DNA from: an uncultured Spirochaetota bacterium
Lineage (GTDB): Bacteria; Spirochaetota; Spirochaetia; SZUA-6; CAVTHK01
Direction of reading: 5' to 3'
DNA: 64,000 bases
Assembly: GCA_963734495.1 (NCBI GenBank)
Contig: CAVTHK010000016.1
Coordinates: 64,001-128,000 of the forward strand
The position numbers were made by a program, and so were the translations under genes. Below are positions 12,825 to 22,397 of this stretch, piece after piece; position 1 is the first letter of the stretch; each line of letters starts with the position of its first letter. Below the pieces are notes generated by a model that did not search any database, was not told the DNA's origin, and saw only the letters and a program-made list of their open reading frames with translations.

Positions 12825-12860
12825 TTGACCGACTTCCGGTTATCGGCTACTTTACCGATA
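12825..12860 (+). promoter_or_regulatory. Sigma70 promoter of bS22 with an inverted repeat over the -10 box
   Basis: TTGACC-N17-TACTTT; TATCGG-N8-CCGATA at 12841-12860. Confidence 0.55.
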
Positions 12861-12917
12861 CTTTATCTGTGCCCCTATTTCCCCTAATGAGACAGGGCCG
12901 GTTGAGGAGAGTGTTGC

Positions 12918-13007
12918 GTGCCTTGCGGACGAAAGAGAAAGCGACACAAGATCGCGACTCACAAGCGAAAGAAGAAACTGCGCAAGAACAGGCACAAGAA
13001 GAAGTAG
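12918..13007 (+). CDS. 30S ribosomal protein bS22 (AURKAIP1/COX24 family), 29 aa, absent from the ORF track
   Basis: GTG start after GAGGAG; translates MPCGRKRKRHKIATHKRKKKLRKNRHKKK*. Confidence 0.9.
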   Translation: MPCGRKRKRHKIATHKRKKKLRKNRHKKK

Positions 13008-13033
13008 CGCCGCGGGGCTGGACGAGACCTGGG

Positions 13034-13784
13034 ATGAAGAGACTGGCAACGGCCTTTCTGCTCCTGGCTCTCACCGCCGGCGCCGACAGCCTCTGGAGCC
13101 CCGGCTTCGACGGCTATCTCGGCGCGGGCACGCGGATGCAGGAAGGTGACACGGTCATGGTCACCTTCACCGAAGGCTTCTCTCTGTCGTTCAAGTCGGT
13201 CGGCACCGAAAGCAAGCGGATTACCCTCCAGATCGCGGGAGGTCCCTATGGGGATCTCCTGTCCTTCTTGCCTGCGGCAAGCGCGGAGGGGAACCGCTCC
13301 GTCGCCGGCGACTCGCAGGCACTGCTCAAGGGGTCGCTCGCGGCGCGCGTGAGCGCCGTCAACGGCGGCATGCTGACGCTGCAGGCGTCGCGCTCGCTCA
13401 CGGTCAACGGACGCGTGGAGAGCGTCGATCTGAACGCGTCCGTCAACGCCCGCGACGTTTCGCAGAACCGCACAGTCGATTTCTCGCGTCTCGTCGAGCC
13501 GCGCCTCGTCTATCGAGGTCCTGCGGAACCGTCGGCGGACGCCATCCGCGACGAGGACCTGCTCGCGCTGCAGGCCGCCCTGGCGGCCGCCGTGCCCGCG
13601 CGGCGCAGCCCGCCGCGCCGGCGCGGCCGCAGGGGCCGCCGCGGCCCCGGCGGCGGGGACGCAGCCGGGGCCCGCGGCCGCCGCTCCCGCGCAGCCGCAA
13701 GCGACCCGCTACCAGCTGACCGAAGCCCGTCAGCGCGAGCTGCTGCTCCGCTACCTCAACCGGATCGTCGATATCCTGTTCTGA
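13034..13784 (+). CDS. Secreted FlgH (flagellar L-ring)-like protein; frameshift in the GC-rich Ala/Pro linker at about 13600-13690
   Basis: Signal peptide then ADSLW, GDTVMV, LAARVSAV, RSLTVNG..E and N.VDFSRL; a natural-looking C-terminus LTEARQRELLLRYLNRIVDILF* lies in another frame. Confidence 0.55.
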
Positions 13785-13799
13785 TCGCGGCTCCCGCGG

Positions 13800-14852
13800 T
13801 CACAGCGGGAACTGGTCGTAGGCGAGCTGCAGGAGCTCTCCGGTCTTCTCCCAACCGATGCAGGCGTCGGTGATGGAGACGCCGTAGGCGAGCCTGGAAG
13901 GATCGTCGCCGAGGCTTTGCTTACCTTCATTTAAGTTGCTCTCGAGCATGAAGCCCTGAATGCCCGGGACGCCCTGTCGGCGGCTCGCGAGGATGCTCCG
14001 GAGGACGAGCTCCTGGCGCGTGTGGTCTTTTTCCGAATTGCCGTGGCTGCAGTCGACGATGAAGACCGGAGGCACGCCGGCCTTTTTGAGAAGGAACGCG
14101 GCCTCCTCGAGCATGTCGGCCCGGAAGTTGCCGCCCCGCCGCCCGCCGCGCAGGATGATGTGCGTGCTCGTGTTGCCGGTCGTGCTGACGACGCAGGTCT
14201 GGCCGTTCTGGTCCATGCCGAGGAAGCTATGAGGCCGCGCCGAGGCGACGATGGCGTCGATCGCCGTCTGGATGTCGCCCTCGGTGTTGTTCTTGAAGCC
14301 GACGGACATCGAAAGCCCGCTTGCCATGTCGCGGTGGGTCTGCGACTCGATCGTGCGGGCGCCGATGGCCGCCCAGCTCACGAGGTCGGCGGTGTACTGC
14401 GGGACGATCGGATCGAGCATCTCCGTTCCGGTCGGGAGTCCCATGCGGGTGATCTCGAGCAGGATGCGGCGCGCCTTGGTCAGGCCCATGGCGATGTCGT
14501 AGCTGCCGTCGAGCATCGGGTCGATGAGGAAACCGCGCCAGCCGAGCGTAGTCCGCGGTTTCTCGAAGTAGACGCGCATCACGACGAAGAGCCGGTCGCT
14601 GAACCGGCGATGCGCCTCGACGAGGCGGCCCGCGTAGTCGATCGCCGCGGCTTCGTCGTGGATCGAGCAGGGACCGACGATGGCGAGCAGCCTCGAGTCG
14701 CGCTGCGCGAGTATCGAGGCGATCGCCCCACGGCTGCTTTCGACCAGTGCCGCCGCCTGCTCCGTGAGCGGGAGCTCCTTCTTGAGCTCGGTCGGGCTGA
14801 TCAGGGGCCGCAGGCTCGTGACGCGAAGGTCGTTCGTTCGTTGGACGCTCAT
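13800..14852 (-). CDS. aroG: 3-deoxy-7-phosphoheptulonate (DAHP) synthase, class I-alpha
   Basis: GPCSIHD, RVYFEKPRT, AIGART.ESQTHR, VDCSHGNS and YGVSITDAC motifs. Confidence 0.93.
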   Translation of the reverse strand: MSVQRTNDLRVTSLRPLISPTELKKELPLTEQAAALVESSRGAIASILAQRDSRLLAIVGPCSIHDEAAAIDYAGRLVEAHRRFSDRLFVVMRVYFEKPRTTLGWRGFLIDPMLDGSYDIAMGLTKARRILLEITRMGLPTGTEMLDPIVPQYTADLVSWAAIGARTIESQTHRDMASGLSMSVGFKNNTEGDIQTAIDAIVASARPHSFLGMDQNGQTCVVSTTGNTSTHIILRGGRRGGNFRADMLEEAAFLLKKAGVPPVFIVDCSHGNSEKDHTRQELVLRSILASRRQGVPGIQGFMLESNLNEGKQSLGDDPSRLAYGVSITDACIGWEKTGELLQLAYDQFPL

Positions 14853-14865
14853 CGAGTGATCCTTA

Positions 14866-16188
14866 TCATGTTTCTCGGGTTTTCTTCAACGGTCTCTCTT
14901 CGGGCGGTCGCCTGATCGCGACCGCGAGCGCGTGTGCCTTGAGGCCCTCCGCTTCGGCCAGGGCGCGGATGGAGGCGGCGTTGGCCGCGAGCGCCTCGTG
15001 CGTGTAGCGCACGACGCTCACGGCGCGCACGAAGTCCATGACGGACAGCCCCGAGGAGAAGCGCGCCGTGCCGGCCGTCGGGAGCACGTGGTTCGTGCCG
15101 CAGATGTAGTCTCCGACCGGCTCCGTGCTGTACTCCCCGATGAACACGGCGCCGGAGGTCCGGACCATGGGGAGAAGGTCTTCGGCCTCCTCGCACATGA
15201 GCTCGAGGTGCTCGGGCGAGATCATGTTCACCGCGTCGACGGCGGTGGACAGGCTGTCGACGACGAAGATGTTGCCGTAGGCGAGAAGCGCGCGCGAGAC
15301 CGTGTCGCCCAGGTCGTGCCTGCGGATGAAGCCCACGAGCTCGGAGGAGATGGCTTCGGCCTGGGCGACGCTGGTGCAGAATGCCACCGCCGTCTCGAGC
15401 CCGCTGCCGTGCTCGGCCTGGGCGAGCAGGTCCGCCGCTATGTAGGCGGAGGGCGCTTTTCTGTCCGCGATGATGGCGATCTCGGAAGGGCCGGCGAGCG
15501 AATCGATCCCCACGCTGCCGAAGACCAGGCGCTTCGCGGTCTGGGTGTAGATGTTGCCTGGCCCCACGATCTTGTCGACGCGCGGGACCGAGTCCGTGCC
15601 GTACGCGAGCGCGGCGACGCCCTGCGCGCCCGAGACCTTGTAGACGTTGCGGATCCCGAGATAGTCGGCCACGTAGAGGATGTGGTCGTCGACGCGGCCC
15701 TCTCTGGGCGGGGAGATGATGCTGATCTCGGGCACTCCGGCCACGAGGGCGGGCACCAGGTTCATGTACAGGGAGGAGGCGAGGGGCGCCGCGCCGGCCG
15801 GAACGCACACGCCGACGCGCTCGATGGGCTGGTAGAGCCGCTGCAGCTTGACATCGTGGTCGGAGCGGACCGTGTAGGACTTGGGGAGCTGGTGCTGGTG
15901 GAACTTGAAGAGGTTCTCGCAGGCGACCTTGACGGCCTCGGCGAACGCGCCGGGGATGCGCTGGAGAGCTTCGTCGTATTGCTCGTCGCTCACCTTGACG
16001 CTGTCCCGCGACAGCTCGACGTGGTCGTACTTGCGCATGCACTCGAAAAGAGCCTCGTCTCCGCGGGTGCGGACGTCGCTCACGATCGCTTCAACGGCGT
16101 GCAGCACCTCGGGCGGCGTCTCGCGCGACTTCTCGAGGAGAGCGCGGAAGCGCGGGCTGTCAAAGGAGAACTTGCTGATGGAAATCAC
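14866..16188 (-). CDS. hisD: Histidinol dehydrogenase
   Basis: GAQGVAALAYGT, KIVGPGN, AGPSE, QAEH, PEHLE and GDY..GTNHVLPT motifs; GTG start after GGGGAGG. Confidence 0.95.
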   Translation of the reverse strand: MISISKFSFDSPRFRALLEKSRETPPEVLHAVEAIVSDVRTRGDEALFECMRKYDHVELSRDSVKVSDEQYDEALQRIPGAFAEAVKVACENLFKFHQHQLPKSYTVRSDHDVKLQRLYQPIERVGVCVPAGAAPLASSLYMNLVPALVAGVPEISIISPPREGRVDDHILYVADYLGIRNVYKVSGAQGVAALAYGTDSVPRVDKIVGPGNIYTQTAKRLVFGSVGIDSLAGPSEIAIIADRKAPSAYIAADLLAQAEHGSGLETAVAFCTSVAQAEAISSELVGFIRRHDLGDTVSRALLAYGNIFVVDSLSTAVDAVNMISPEHLELMCEEAEDLLPMVRTSGAVFIGEYSTEPVGDYICGTNHVLPTAGTARFSSGLSVMDFVRAVSVVRYTHEALAANAASIRALAEAEGLKAHALAVAIRRPPEERPLKKTRET

Positions 16189-16326
16189 GGTGCCTCCCCA
16201 TCGATCGTGTGCGGCCCTGACCCGCGGCGTCCCGCGGCGCCGTTCGTCGCGGCTCGTTCCTGCGTCGAACGCGGCGCGCGAGGCCGCCGTCAATCCTAAC
16301 GTGCGGCGGCATGCAGGTTCAACCCG

Positions 16327-16484
16327 GCCCGGCGAGTACGCTAGGCTTGGGTGCCCGGCGGGTACGCCGGGCCTGGCTGCCTCGCGAGTACGCGAGACGG
16401 GTGTGCCAGGCACATAGCCTGACGTACTCGTCAGGCACATAGCCTGACGTACTCGTCAGGCCATAGCCTGACGTACTCGTCAGG
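16327..16484. repeat. Array of six hairpins with a CG-RGTA-CG core, including a 3x tandem 25-bp repeat
   Basis: Loops at 16335, 16361 and 16387 (AGTA/GGTA on +); CACATAGCCTGACGTACTCGTCAGG at 16411, 16436 and 16461 (third copy 24 bp; loop AGTA on -). Confidence 0.85.
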
Positions 16485-16514
16485 TTGACACCTCGTGCGC
16501 GAAATCAATACACT
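16485..16514 (+). promoter_or_regulatory. Sigma70 promoter of alaS, probably leaderless
   Basis: TTGACA-N18-TACACT, ATG 7 nt after the -10 box, no SD. Confidence 0.7.
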
Positions 16515-16521
16515 CCGGCGC

Positions 16522-18315
16522 ATGATCACGGTCAACGAGCTGCGCGCGAAATATATCAGCTTCTTCACGCAGCGGGGTCATGCGGAGATCTCGGGCCGCT
16601 CGCTCATCCCGGAGAACGACCCGACGGTGCTCTTTACGACCGCGGGCATGCACCCGCTGGTCCCCTACATCCTCGGGGAGGCCCACCCCGCGGGCACGCG
16701 CCTGACCGATTGCCAGAAGTGCATTCGCACGGTCGACATCGACGCGGTCGGCGACTCCAGCCACCTGACGTTCTTCGAGATGCTCGGCAACTGGTCCCTC
16801 GGCGACTACTTCAAGAACGAGGCCATCCGGTTCAGCCACGAGTTCCTCACCTCGCGCCAGTGGCTCGGCATAGACCCCGCGAAGCTCTCGGTCACGGTGT
16901 TCGCGGGGGACGACTCCGTGCCGCCCGACAACGAGTCCGCCGAGATCTGGCGGTCGCTCGGCATAGACCGTATCCACTTTCTCGGCCGCGACGACAACTG
17001 GTGGGGCCCCGCCGGGCTGACCGGGCCATGCGGCCCCGACACGGAGATGTTCATCGACACCGGCAAACCGGCGTGCGGGCCCGACTGCGCCCCGGGCCGG
17101 TGCAAGTGCGGGAGGTGGTTCGAGGTCTGGAACGACGTGTTCCTTCAGTACAACAAGACCGCCGAAGGCCGCTTCGAGCCCCTCGGTCGTCCGACTGTCG
17201 ACACGGGCATGGGCGTCGAGCGCACGGTGGCCATGCTGCAGGGCAAGAGCAGCGTCTACGACATAGAGGTCTTCGTGCCGGTGCGGGCGGACCTGGAAGG
17301 GAAGGCCTCGTCGCCCCACGGAAAGGACGAGGCGATCGACCGGTCCTACCGGATCATCCTCGACCACGTGCGCGCGGCAGTCTTTATTCTGGGCGATGAG
17401 GTCGCGGTGACGCCCTCCAACGTCGGGCAGGGGTACGTGCTGCGGAGGCTCATCCGGCGGGCCGTGCGCCACGGCCGCAAGCTCGGGCTCGAGGGCCAGG
17501 CGCTCGTCCCGCTCGCGGAGCGTTTCATCACGATCTACCGCGACAGCTACCGCGAGCTCGAGTCGAAGCGCAAGGAGATCCTCGGGGAGCTCGAACAGGA
17601 GGCCGCCCGCTTCCTCGACACGCTGAAGAACGGGGAGAAGGAGTTCGAGAAGCTCCTGCCGAACCTGCTCAAGAACCCGGCCCGGATCATCCCGGGGCGG
17701 GTCGCCTTCAGGCTCTACGACACGTATGGGTTCCCCATCGAGATCACCGAGGAGCTCGCCGCGGAAAACGGGCTTGGCGTCGACAAGGCAGGGTTCGAGG
17801 AGGCGTTCGAGAAGCACCAGGAGCTGTCGCGGGCCGGCTCGGAGCAGACTTTCAAAGGCGGCCTCGCGGACCACGGCCTGGAGGCGCGCAAGCTGCACAC
17901 GGCCACGCACCTGCTCCACAAGGCGCTGCGGATGGTGCTCGGCGACCACGTGGCGCAGAAGGGAAGCAACATCACCAGCGACCGCCTGCGGTTCGACTTC
18001 TCGCATCCCTCGCCGATGACCCCGGAGCAGATCGCAGAGGTGGAGCGGATCGTCAACGAGCAGATCCGCAGGGCCCTGCCTGTGAGCTTCGACGTCATGA
18101 CGCTGGAGGAGGCGCGCCAGGCGGGGGCCATCGCGCTCTTCGGCGAACGCTACGGCGAGAAGGTCAAGGTCTACACGATCGGTGACTTCTCAAAGGAAGT
18201 CTGCGGCGGACCCCACGTGGACAACACCGGCGAGCTCGAGGGCTTCAGGATTCAGAAGGAACAGTCCTCTTCCGCCGGGGTCAGGCGCATCCGGGCGTCG
18301 GTCGGCGGGAAGTAG
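16522..18315 (+). CDS. alaS: Alanine--tRNA ligase (short form lacking the C-Ala domain)
   Basis: DPTVLFTTAGM, HLTFFEMLGNWS, GPCGPDTE, DTGMGVER, editing HTATH and EVCGGPH motifs; 597 aa. Confidence 0.97.
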   Translation: MITVNELRAKYISFFTQRGHAEISGRSLIPENDPTVLFTTAGMHPLVPYILGEAHPAGTRLTDCQKCIRTVDIDAVGDSSHLTFFEMLGNWSLGDYFKNEAIRFSHEFLTSRQWLGIDPAKLSVTVFAGDDSVPPDNESAEIWRSLGIDRIHFLGRDDNWWGPAGLTGPCGPDTEMFIDTGKPACGPDCAPGRCKCGRWFEVWNDVFLQYNKTAEGRFEPLGRPTVDTGMGVERTVAMLQGKSSVYDIEVFVPVRADLEGKASSPHGKDEAIDRSYRIILDHVRAAVFILGDEVAVTPSNVGQGYVLRRLIRRAVRHGRKLGLEGQALVPLAERFITIYRDSYRELESKRKEILGELEQEAARFLDTLKNGEKEFEKLLPNLLKNPARIIPGRVAFRLYDTYGFPIEITEELAAENGLGVDKAGFEEAFEKHQELSRAGSEQTFKGGLADHGLEARKLHTATHLLHKALRMVLGDHVAQKGSNITSDRLRFDFSHPSPMTPEQIAEVERIVNEQIRRALPVSFDVMTLEEARQAGAIALFGERYGEKVKVYTIGDFSKEVCGGPHVDNTGELEGFRIQKEQSSSAGVRRIRASVGGK

Positions 18316-18335
18316 CAGGGGAGCGCGGCCGGGCC

Positions 18336-19445
18336 TCAGCGCCCGAGCCTGTCCAGCAGGTCCGAGACAAAGGCGTTGCGCATGCCCGTGCGTGAGAACG
18401 ACGAGAGGAGCGTGCGCGCCTTGTCCTTCTGGTTCAGGGCGATGTAGCACTCGGCGAGCGTGTGTATGAGCCGGGCGTTGCGCGGATCATTGCGCGTGAG
18501 CTTTTCCAGCGACTCGACCGCCTCGGCGTAGCGGCCGCGCTCCTTGCTGATGATCGCAAGCCCGAGGACCGCGTACGCGTCGTAGCCGATGTTGAGGGCC
18601 TTGCGGTAGTACTCCTCGGCCTCGTCGAGCCGCTGGAGGATCCGGAACGAGTCGCCCGCACGGGTCAGGATCACCTTGTTCGCCGGGTCCCGCGTGAGTA
18701 TGGCCAGCCAGTGCTGGAGGGAACGCTCCTGGTCCTGAAGGCCGCGGTAGCAGTCGGCCATGCCGAAGTTCGCGTAGAAGTTGTCCGGCTCGATCTCCAG
18801 CGCGCGCTGGAAGAACGAGAGTCCCTCGTCGAACGTCTTGAGCTTGCGGTGACAGTTGCCGATCGCGGTGAGGATCTTGATGTTCCGGGCGTTTTCGGGC
18901 TGGCCGAGCACGCGCTGCCAGTAGTCCAGCGCTTCGGCGTAGTGCTTGAAGTCAAAATGAAGGTAACCCAGCCCGATGAGGGCGTAGGGGTTGCCCGGCT
19001 CCATCTCGAGCGCGCGCAGGTAGAGCTCGCGGGACTTCTCGAAGTTCCGCACCTTCTTGTACGCGTCCGCGATGCGGGTCAGAACCGTAATGTTGCGCTC
19101 GTCGCGCTGCAGGTACCGCTCCCAGATGTCGATGGCCTGCTTGTATTCCTTGAGCGCCTTGTAGCTGTCGGCGAGGCCGAAGAGCGCATAGTTGTTGGTC
19201 TCGTGGTGCTGGAGGCACTGCTTGTAGAACCCGATCGCGGTCCGGTGGTCGCCGCGCTTGCGCGCGAGGTCGCCGAGCCCGACGAGCGCGTAGGTGTTGT
19301 CGGCCTCGAGAGCGAGAACCTCGCGGAAACAGCGTTCCGCCTCCTCGAGCTGATCGCTGCGAAGAGCCTTGTATCCGCGCTTGGAAAGCTCGGCTACGTT
19401 GTTGATGCCGCGCGCATCGTCCGCCGTTCGGGACTCCTCACCCAC
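18336..19445 (-). CDS. Tetratricopeptide repeat protein
   Basis: About 10 tandem 34-aa TPR units (N.YAL.GLGD/AD...). Confidence 0.9.
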   Translation of the reverse strand: MGEESRTADDARGINNVAELSKRGYKALRSDQLEEAERCFREVLALEADNTYALVGLGDLARKRGDHRTAIGFYKQCLQHHETNNYALFGLADSYKALKEYKQAIDIWERYLQRDERNITVLTRIADAYKKVRNFEKSRELYLRALEMEPGNPYALIGLGYLHFDFKHYAEALDYWQRVLGQPENARNIKILTAIGNCHRKLKTFDEGLSFFQRALEIEPDNFYANFGMADCYRGLQDQERSLQHWLAILTRDPANKVILTRAGDSFRILQRLDEAEEYYRKALNIGYDAYAVLGLAIISKERGRYAEAVESLEKLTRNDPRNARLIHTLAECYIALNQKDKARTLLSSFSRTGMRNAFVSDLLDRLGR

Positions 19446-19454
19446 GCCGCCTCC

Positions 19455-19787
19455 CTAGGAGGATTCCTTGAGCCAGCGCCTGAGGACGAGGGCCATCTTT
19501 TCCACGAGAACCTCGCGGCGTCTGGCATGCGGCGCGAGCCAATACATCCGCAGCGCTTCCAGGGGCTGCCGCTGCTTCATATAGAAGTTCCCGAGGCGGA
19601 TGAGGCCGTCGGTGTACTTTGTCGTGAGAAAGATGCGCCTCGCCATGTCGACCTTGCCCTGATTGAAGAGCTCGTTCCCCTTGCGGATGAGCGCGCTCCT
19701 CTTGTCCCCCGCCAGCGCGACCGCCGGTTCGGTGAGCCGGAGGAAGTCGCTGCGCGGCACTCGTTTCAGGGCTTCGTCTGCGCGCAT
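19455..19787 (-). CDS. Conserved hypothetical TPR-like protein
   Basis: ALIRKGNELFNQG..ARRIFLTT.Y.DGLIRLG; co-oriented with the TPR gene. Confidence 0.7.
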   Translation of the reverse strand: MRADEALKRVPRSDFLRLTEPAVALAGDKRSALIRKGNELFNQGKVDMARRIFLTTKYTDGLIRLGNFYMKQRQPLEALRMYWLAPHARRREVLVEKMALVLRRWLKESS

Positions 19788-19838
19788 GGCGCCACATACC
19801 CTAATTTAACAATAATGTTTTCCGCCATCCAAGCGCCG

Positions 19839-20423
19839 TCAGTCGAGCGTCCCCTTGGTCGATCGCACCCCTGCGCGCGGCGTATAGGACCGGTGGAGCG
19901 CCATCCCGAGCGCCTTGAAGAGCGCCTCGACCATGTGGTGGGCGTTCTCGCCGTACTCGACGACGCCGTGCAGGCTGATCCTCGCGCGGCCGGCCAGGGC
20001 GACCCAGAACTCGCGCACCAGGTAAAGGTCGAAGGTCCCCGCCCTGGTCTGAGGGAAATCGGCCCGCAGCACCGGGGTGGGGCGTCCGCAGACGTCGATG
20101 ACGACCCTCGCCAGCGCCTCGTCCATGGGCACTTCGGCCGAGCCGAACCGCTCGACCGGCCCGTGGGCTTCGAGCCACTGGTCGAGAAGTGTTCCCAGAA
20201 CCAGGCCGATATCCTCGACCAGGTGATGAGGGTCCACCTCCAGGTCCCCGGAGGCACGGACTGAGAGTGTCATGCCGCCGTGGAAGGCCATGGCGTGGAG
20301 CATGTGGTCGAAGAAAGGCAGGCCCGTCGAGATCGCGATGTCCCCAGGGGTGTCGGGGCAGACAGTCATCGAGATCTCGGTTTCCGCGGTCTTGCGCGTC
20401 AGGCTCGCCGTGCGCTTCTCCAT
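19839..20423 (-). CDS. hisB: Imidazoleglycerol-phosphate dehydratase (alternative GTG start at 20510)
   Basis: RKTAET, TGLPFFDHML, DPHHLVED, PMDEAL, NAHHMVEALFKA and STKG motifs. Confidence 0.95.
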   Translation of the reverse strand: MEKRTASLTRKTAETEISMTVCPDTPGDIAISTGLPFFDHMLHAMAFHGGMTLSVRASGDLEVDPHHLVEDIGLVLGTLLDQWLEAHGPVERFGSAEVPMDEALARVVIDVCGRPTPVLRADFPQTRAGTFDLYLVREFWVALAGRARISLHGVVEYGENAHHMVEALFKALGMALHRSYTPRAGVRSTKGTLD

Positions 20424-20588
20424 GGTCGTCACCGCCACCCGGCCGGATAGCTCGCCGGGTCCCCCTCTCCTGTCGGCCGCGGGGCCGTCCGGGGCGTCCG
20501 GACTGGCCACCCGCTCAGCAAGCTACAGAAAATCGCCCGGCCTGTAAAGCGCGCGCGGTCTCCGTCCGCGGGGGGCAACGCGATGCGC

Positions 20589-22334
20589 TTACTCCCGCTC
20601 GCCGAGCAGGGTCTTGAGCTGGCTGATGTCCGAGACGATTTTTCCCCGGTCGAGGTTCTGGAATCTCTTGGGGACCATTTCGCGGCTCGTGCACTCGAGG
20701 ACGGCCACCAGGTTCTGCAGCTCGATCTCGTGGGGATAGCTGGGCGGGACGAAGTCCCGTATCGTATCTTCGAGGTCGTTCCTGGTGACCATCGCGTGGT
20801 TGTTCATCGCGGCCAGGAACTTGGCCCGGATCAGCACCGATTCCAGGTCTGCGCCGGAAAAATCGAAGTGGTACCTGCGGAACATGTCGGCGATCCGGAC
20901 ATGCTGGATCCTCAAGCTCAGCTTCTGGACCAGCGTGCGGAACAGCTCCTCCTTTTCCTCCATGGATTCGGGGTAGAACAGGGCGAGGTGCTCTTCGGCA
21001 CGGCCCTGGCGCTTGAGGTCGATGGGCAGCAGGTCGGGGCGGCAGGTGATGAGGAACCATATGATCTTGCCGCGGTACTCGGTATCGCCCATGAACGAGG
21101 CAATCTGCGCGAAGATGCGGTTGCTGGTCCCCGAATCGCCCTCCTGGTGGCGGTTGCCGAGGAACGCGTCGGCCTCGTCGATCATGACCCCGACGGGAGC
21201 CATCGCCTTGAGTATGCTCAGCACCTTTTCCAGGTTCGACTCCGTGACCCCCTGCCACTTGGATCGGAAGTTCCGGAACTTCACGATCGGAATTCCGATC
21301 TCGCCGGCAAACGCGGTGACCATGAATGACTTGCCGGTCCCCACCGGGCCGGCTATGAGATAGCCCATTGGAAGGACGTCGAGCCTTCCCTCCTTGATCG
21401 CCCTCGCTGCGCTTTTGAACCGCTTTTTGACGAAGTCGTGCCCCGAAATCATGGAAAGGTCGTACGGCGACTCGAGGAACTCCAGCAGACCGGCCGCCTC
21501 GCTCTCGATGATCTCCTTCTTTTTGCGCCTCAGGTACTCCATGTCGAGCTCGCGGTCCTCCTGGTAGCTCTCCGCCGCGAGCCGGTTGAGGTTCATCAGG
21601 TTGAGCCCGCTGGTGATCTTGGAGATCTCCTTGGTGCCCAGGCCGTCCGCCACCAGCAGCTTGTCTTCGCGCTCGAGGAAATCCAGGAAAGAGAGCCGCA
21701 CGGTCTCGTCGGGAAAGGGGATCTCGACCTTGATCGTGCTCGGCGAGCGGACGAGCCGGGCGCTCACGTCGTTGAGGTTTTCCGTGAGCAGGATGATGGA
21801 GACGTCGCCCTGCGTGAAGATCGGGTCGTGAGCCCACCGGTTGAGCGTGACCAGGCAGAAACGGTCCTCATCCGTGTAACGGGAGATCTCCGCGTTCGGG
21901 ACGAGGGTCTCGGCATAGTCCACGATCAGGACGATGCGGAGGTTCTCCTTGATCCGGTGGTAGAAGTAGCGCTCCAGGTTGCGAAAGGCGCGCACCGGGT
22001 TGGCGGACAGAAGCCCTGACGGGTCCGGCACCAGCTGGTGCATGACCGCCTCGTACTCCTGCTTCATGTCCTCGTTGCAGAATGAGACGCCGGAGGAGCG
22101 GTCGTAGTAGACGATGATGTCCCGGTTGCCGAAAAGCACATCCGACACGTAGCCCTGGATCTTGGCAAAATCGAACTCGCCTTCCTTCATCTTGTGGGGA
22201 AGGAAGTCGGTGATGTTGCCGTGCAGGATATAGAGGTTGGCGGTCTTGGAAAGGTACTTGTACGATAGCTCCTGCGCCCACGCCGGCAGGACACGGATGA
22301 ACGGCAGGTTCTTGAGAATGAGCTGCTCAGCCAT
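20589..22334 (-). CDS. AAA+ family ATPase (581 aa)
   Basis: Walker A GPVGTGKS, Walker B VMIDEAD and an arginine-finger-like DLKRQGR; degenerate N-terminal AAA module; promoter TTGACA-N17-TAAGCT on - at 22397-22369. Confidence 0.88.
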   Translation of the reverse strand: MAEQLILKNLPFIRVLPAWAQELSYKYLSKTANLYILHGNITDFLPHKMKEGEFDFAKIQGYVSDVLFGNRDIIVYYDRSSGVSFCNEDMKQEYEAVMHQLVPDPSGLLSANPVRAFRNLERYFYHRIKENLRIVLIVDYAETLVPNAEISRYTDEDRFCLVTLNRWAHDPIFTQGDVSIILLTENLNDVSARLVRSPSTIKVEIPFPDETVRLSFLDFLEREDKLLVADGLGTKEISKITSGLNLMNLNRLAAESYQEDRELDMEYLRRKKKEIIESEAAGLLEFLESPYDLSMISGHDFVKKRFKSAARAIKEGRLDVLPMGYLIAGPVGTGKSFMVTAFAGEIGIPIVKFRNFRSKWQGVTESNLEKVLSILKAMAPVGVMIDEADAFLGNRHQEGDSGTSNRIFAQIASFMGDTEYRGKIIWFLITCRPDLLPIDLKRQGRAEEHLALFYPESMEEKEELFRTLVQKLSLRIQHVRIADMFRRYHFDFSGADLESVLIRAKFLAAMNNHAMVTRNDLEDTIRDFVPPSYPHEIELQNLVAVLECTSREMVPKRFQNLDRGKIVSDISQLKTLLGERE

Positions 22335-22397
22335 TTCCCCTCCCAGAACAAATGGCCTCTGGAACCGAAGCTTAGTTCGCGTCGGGGCAGATGTCAA

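Noticed and set aside
16411-16484. CRISPR array (palindromic 25-bp repeats)
   Set aside because: Units are contiguous and near-identical, with no unique spacers and no cas genes in the window
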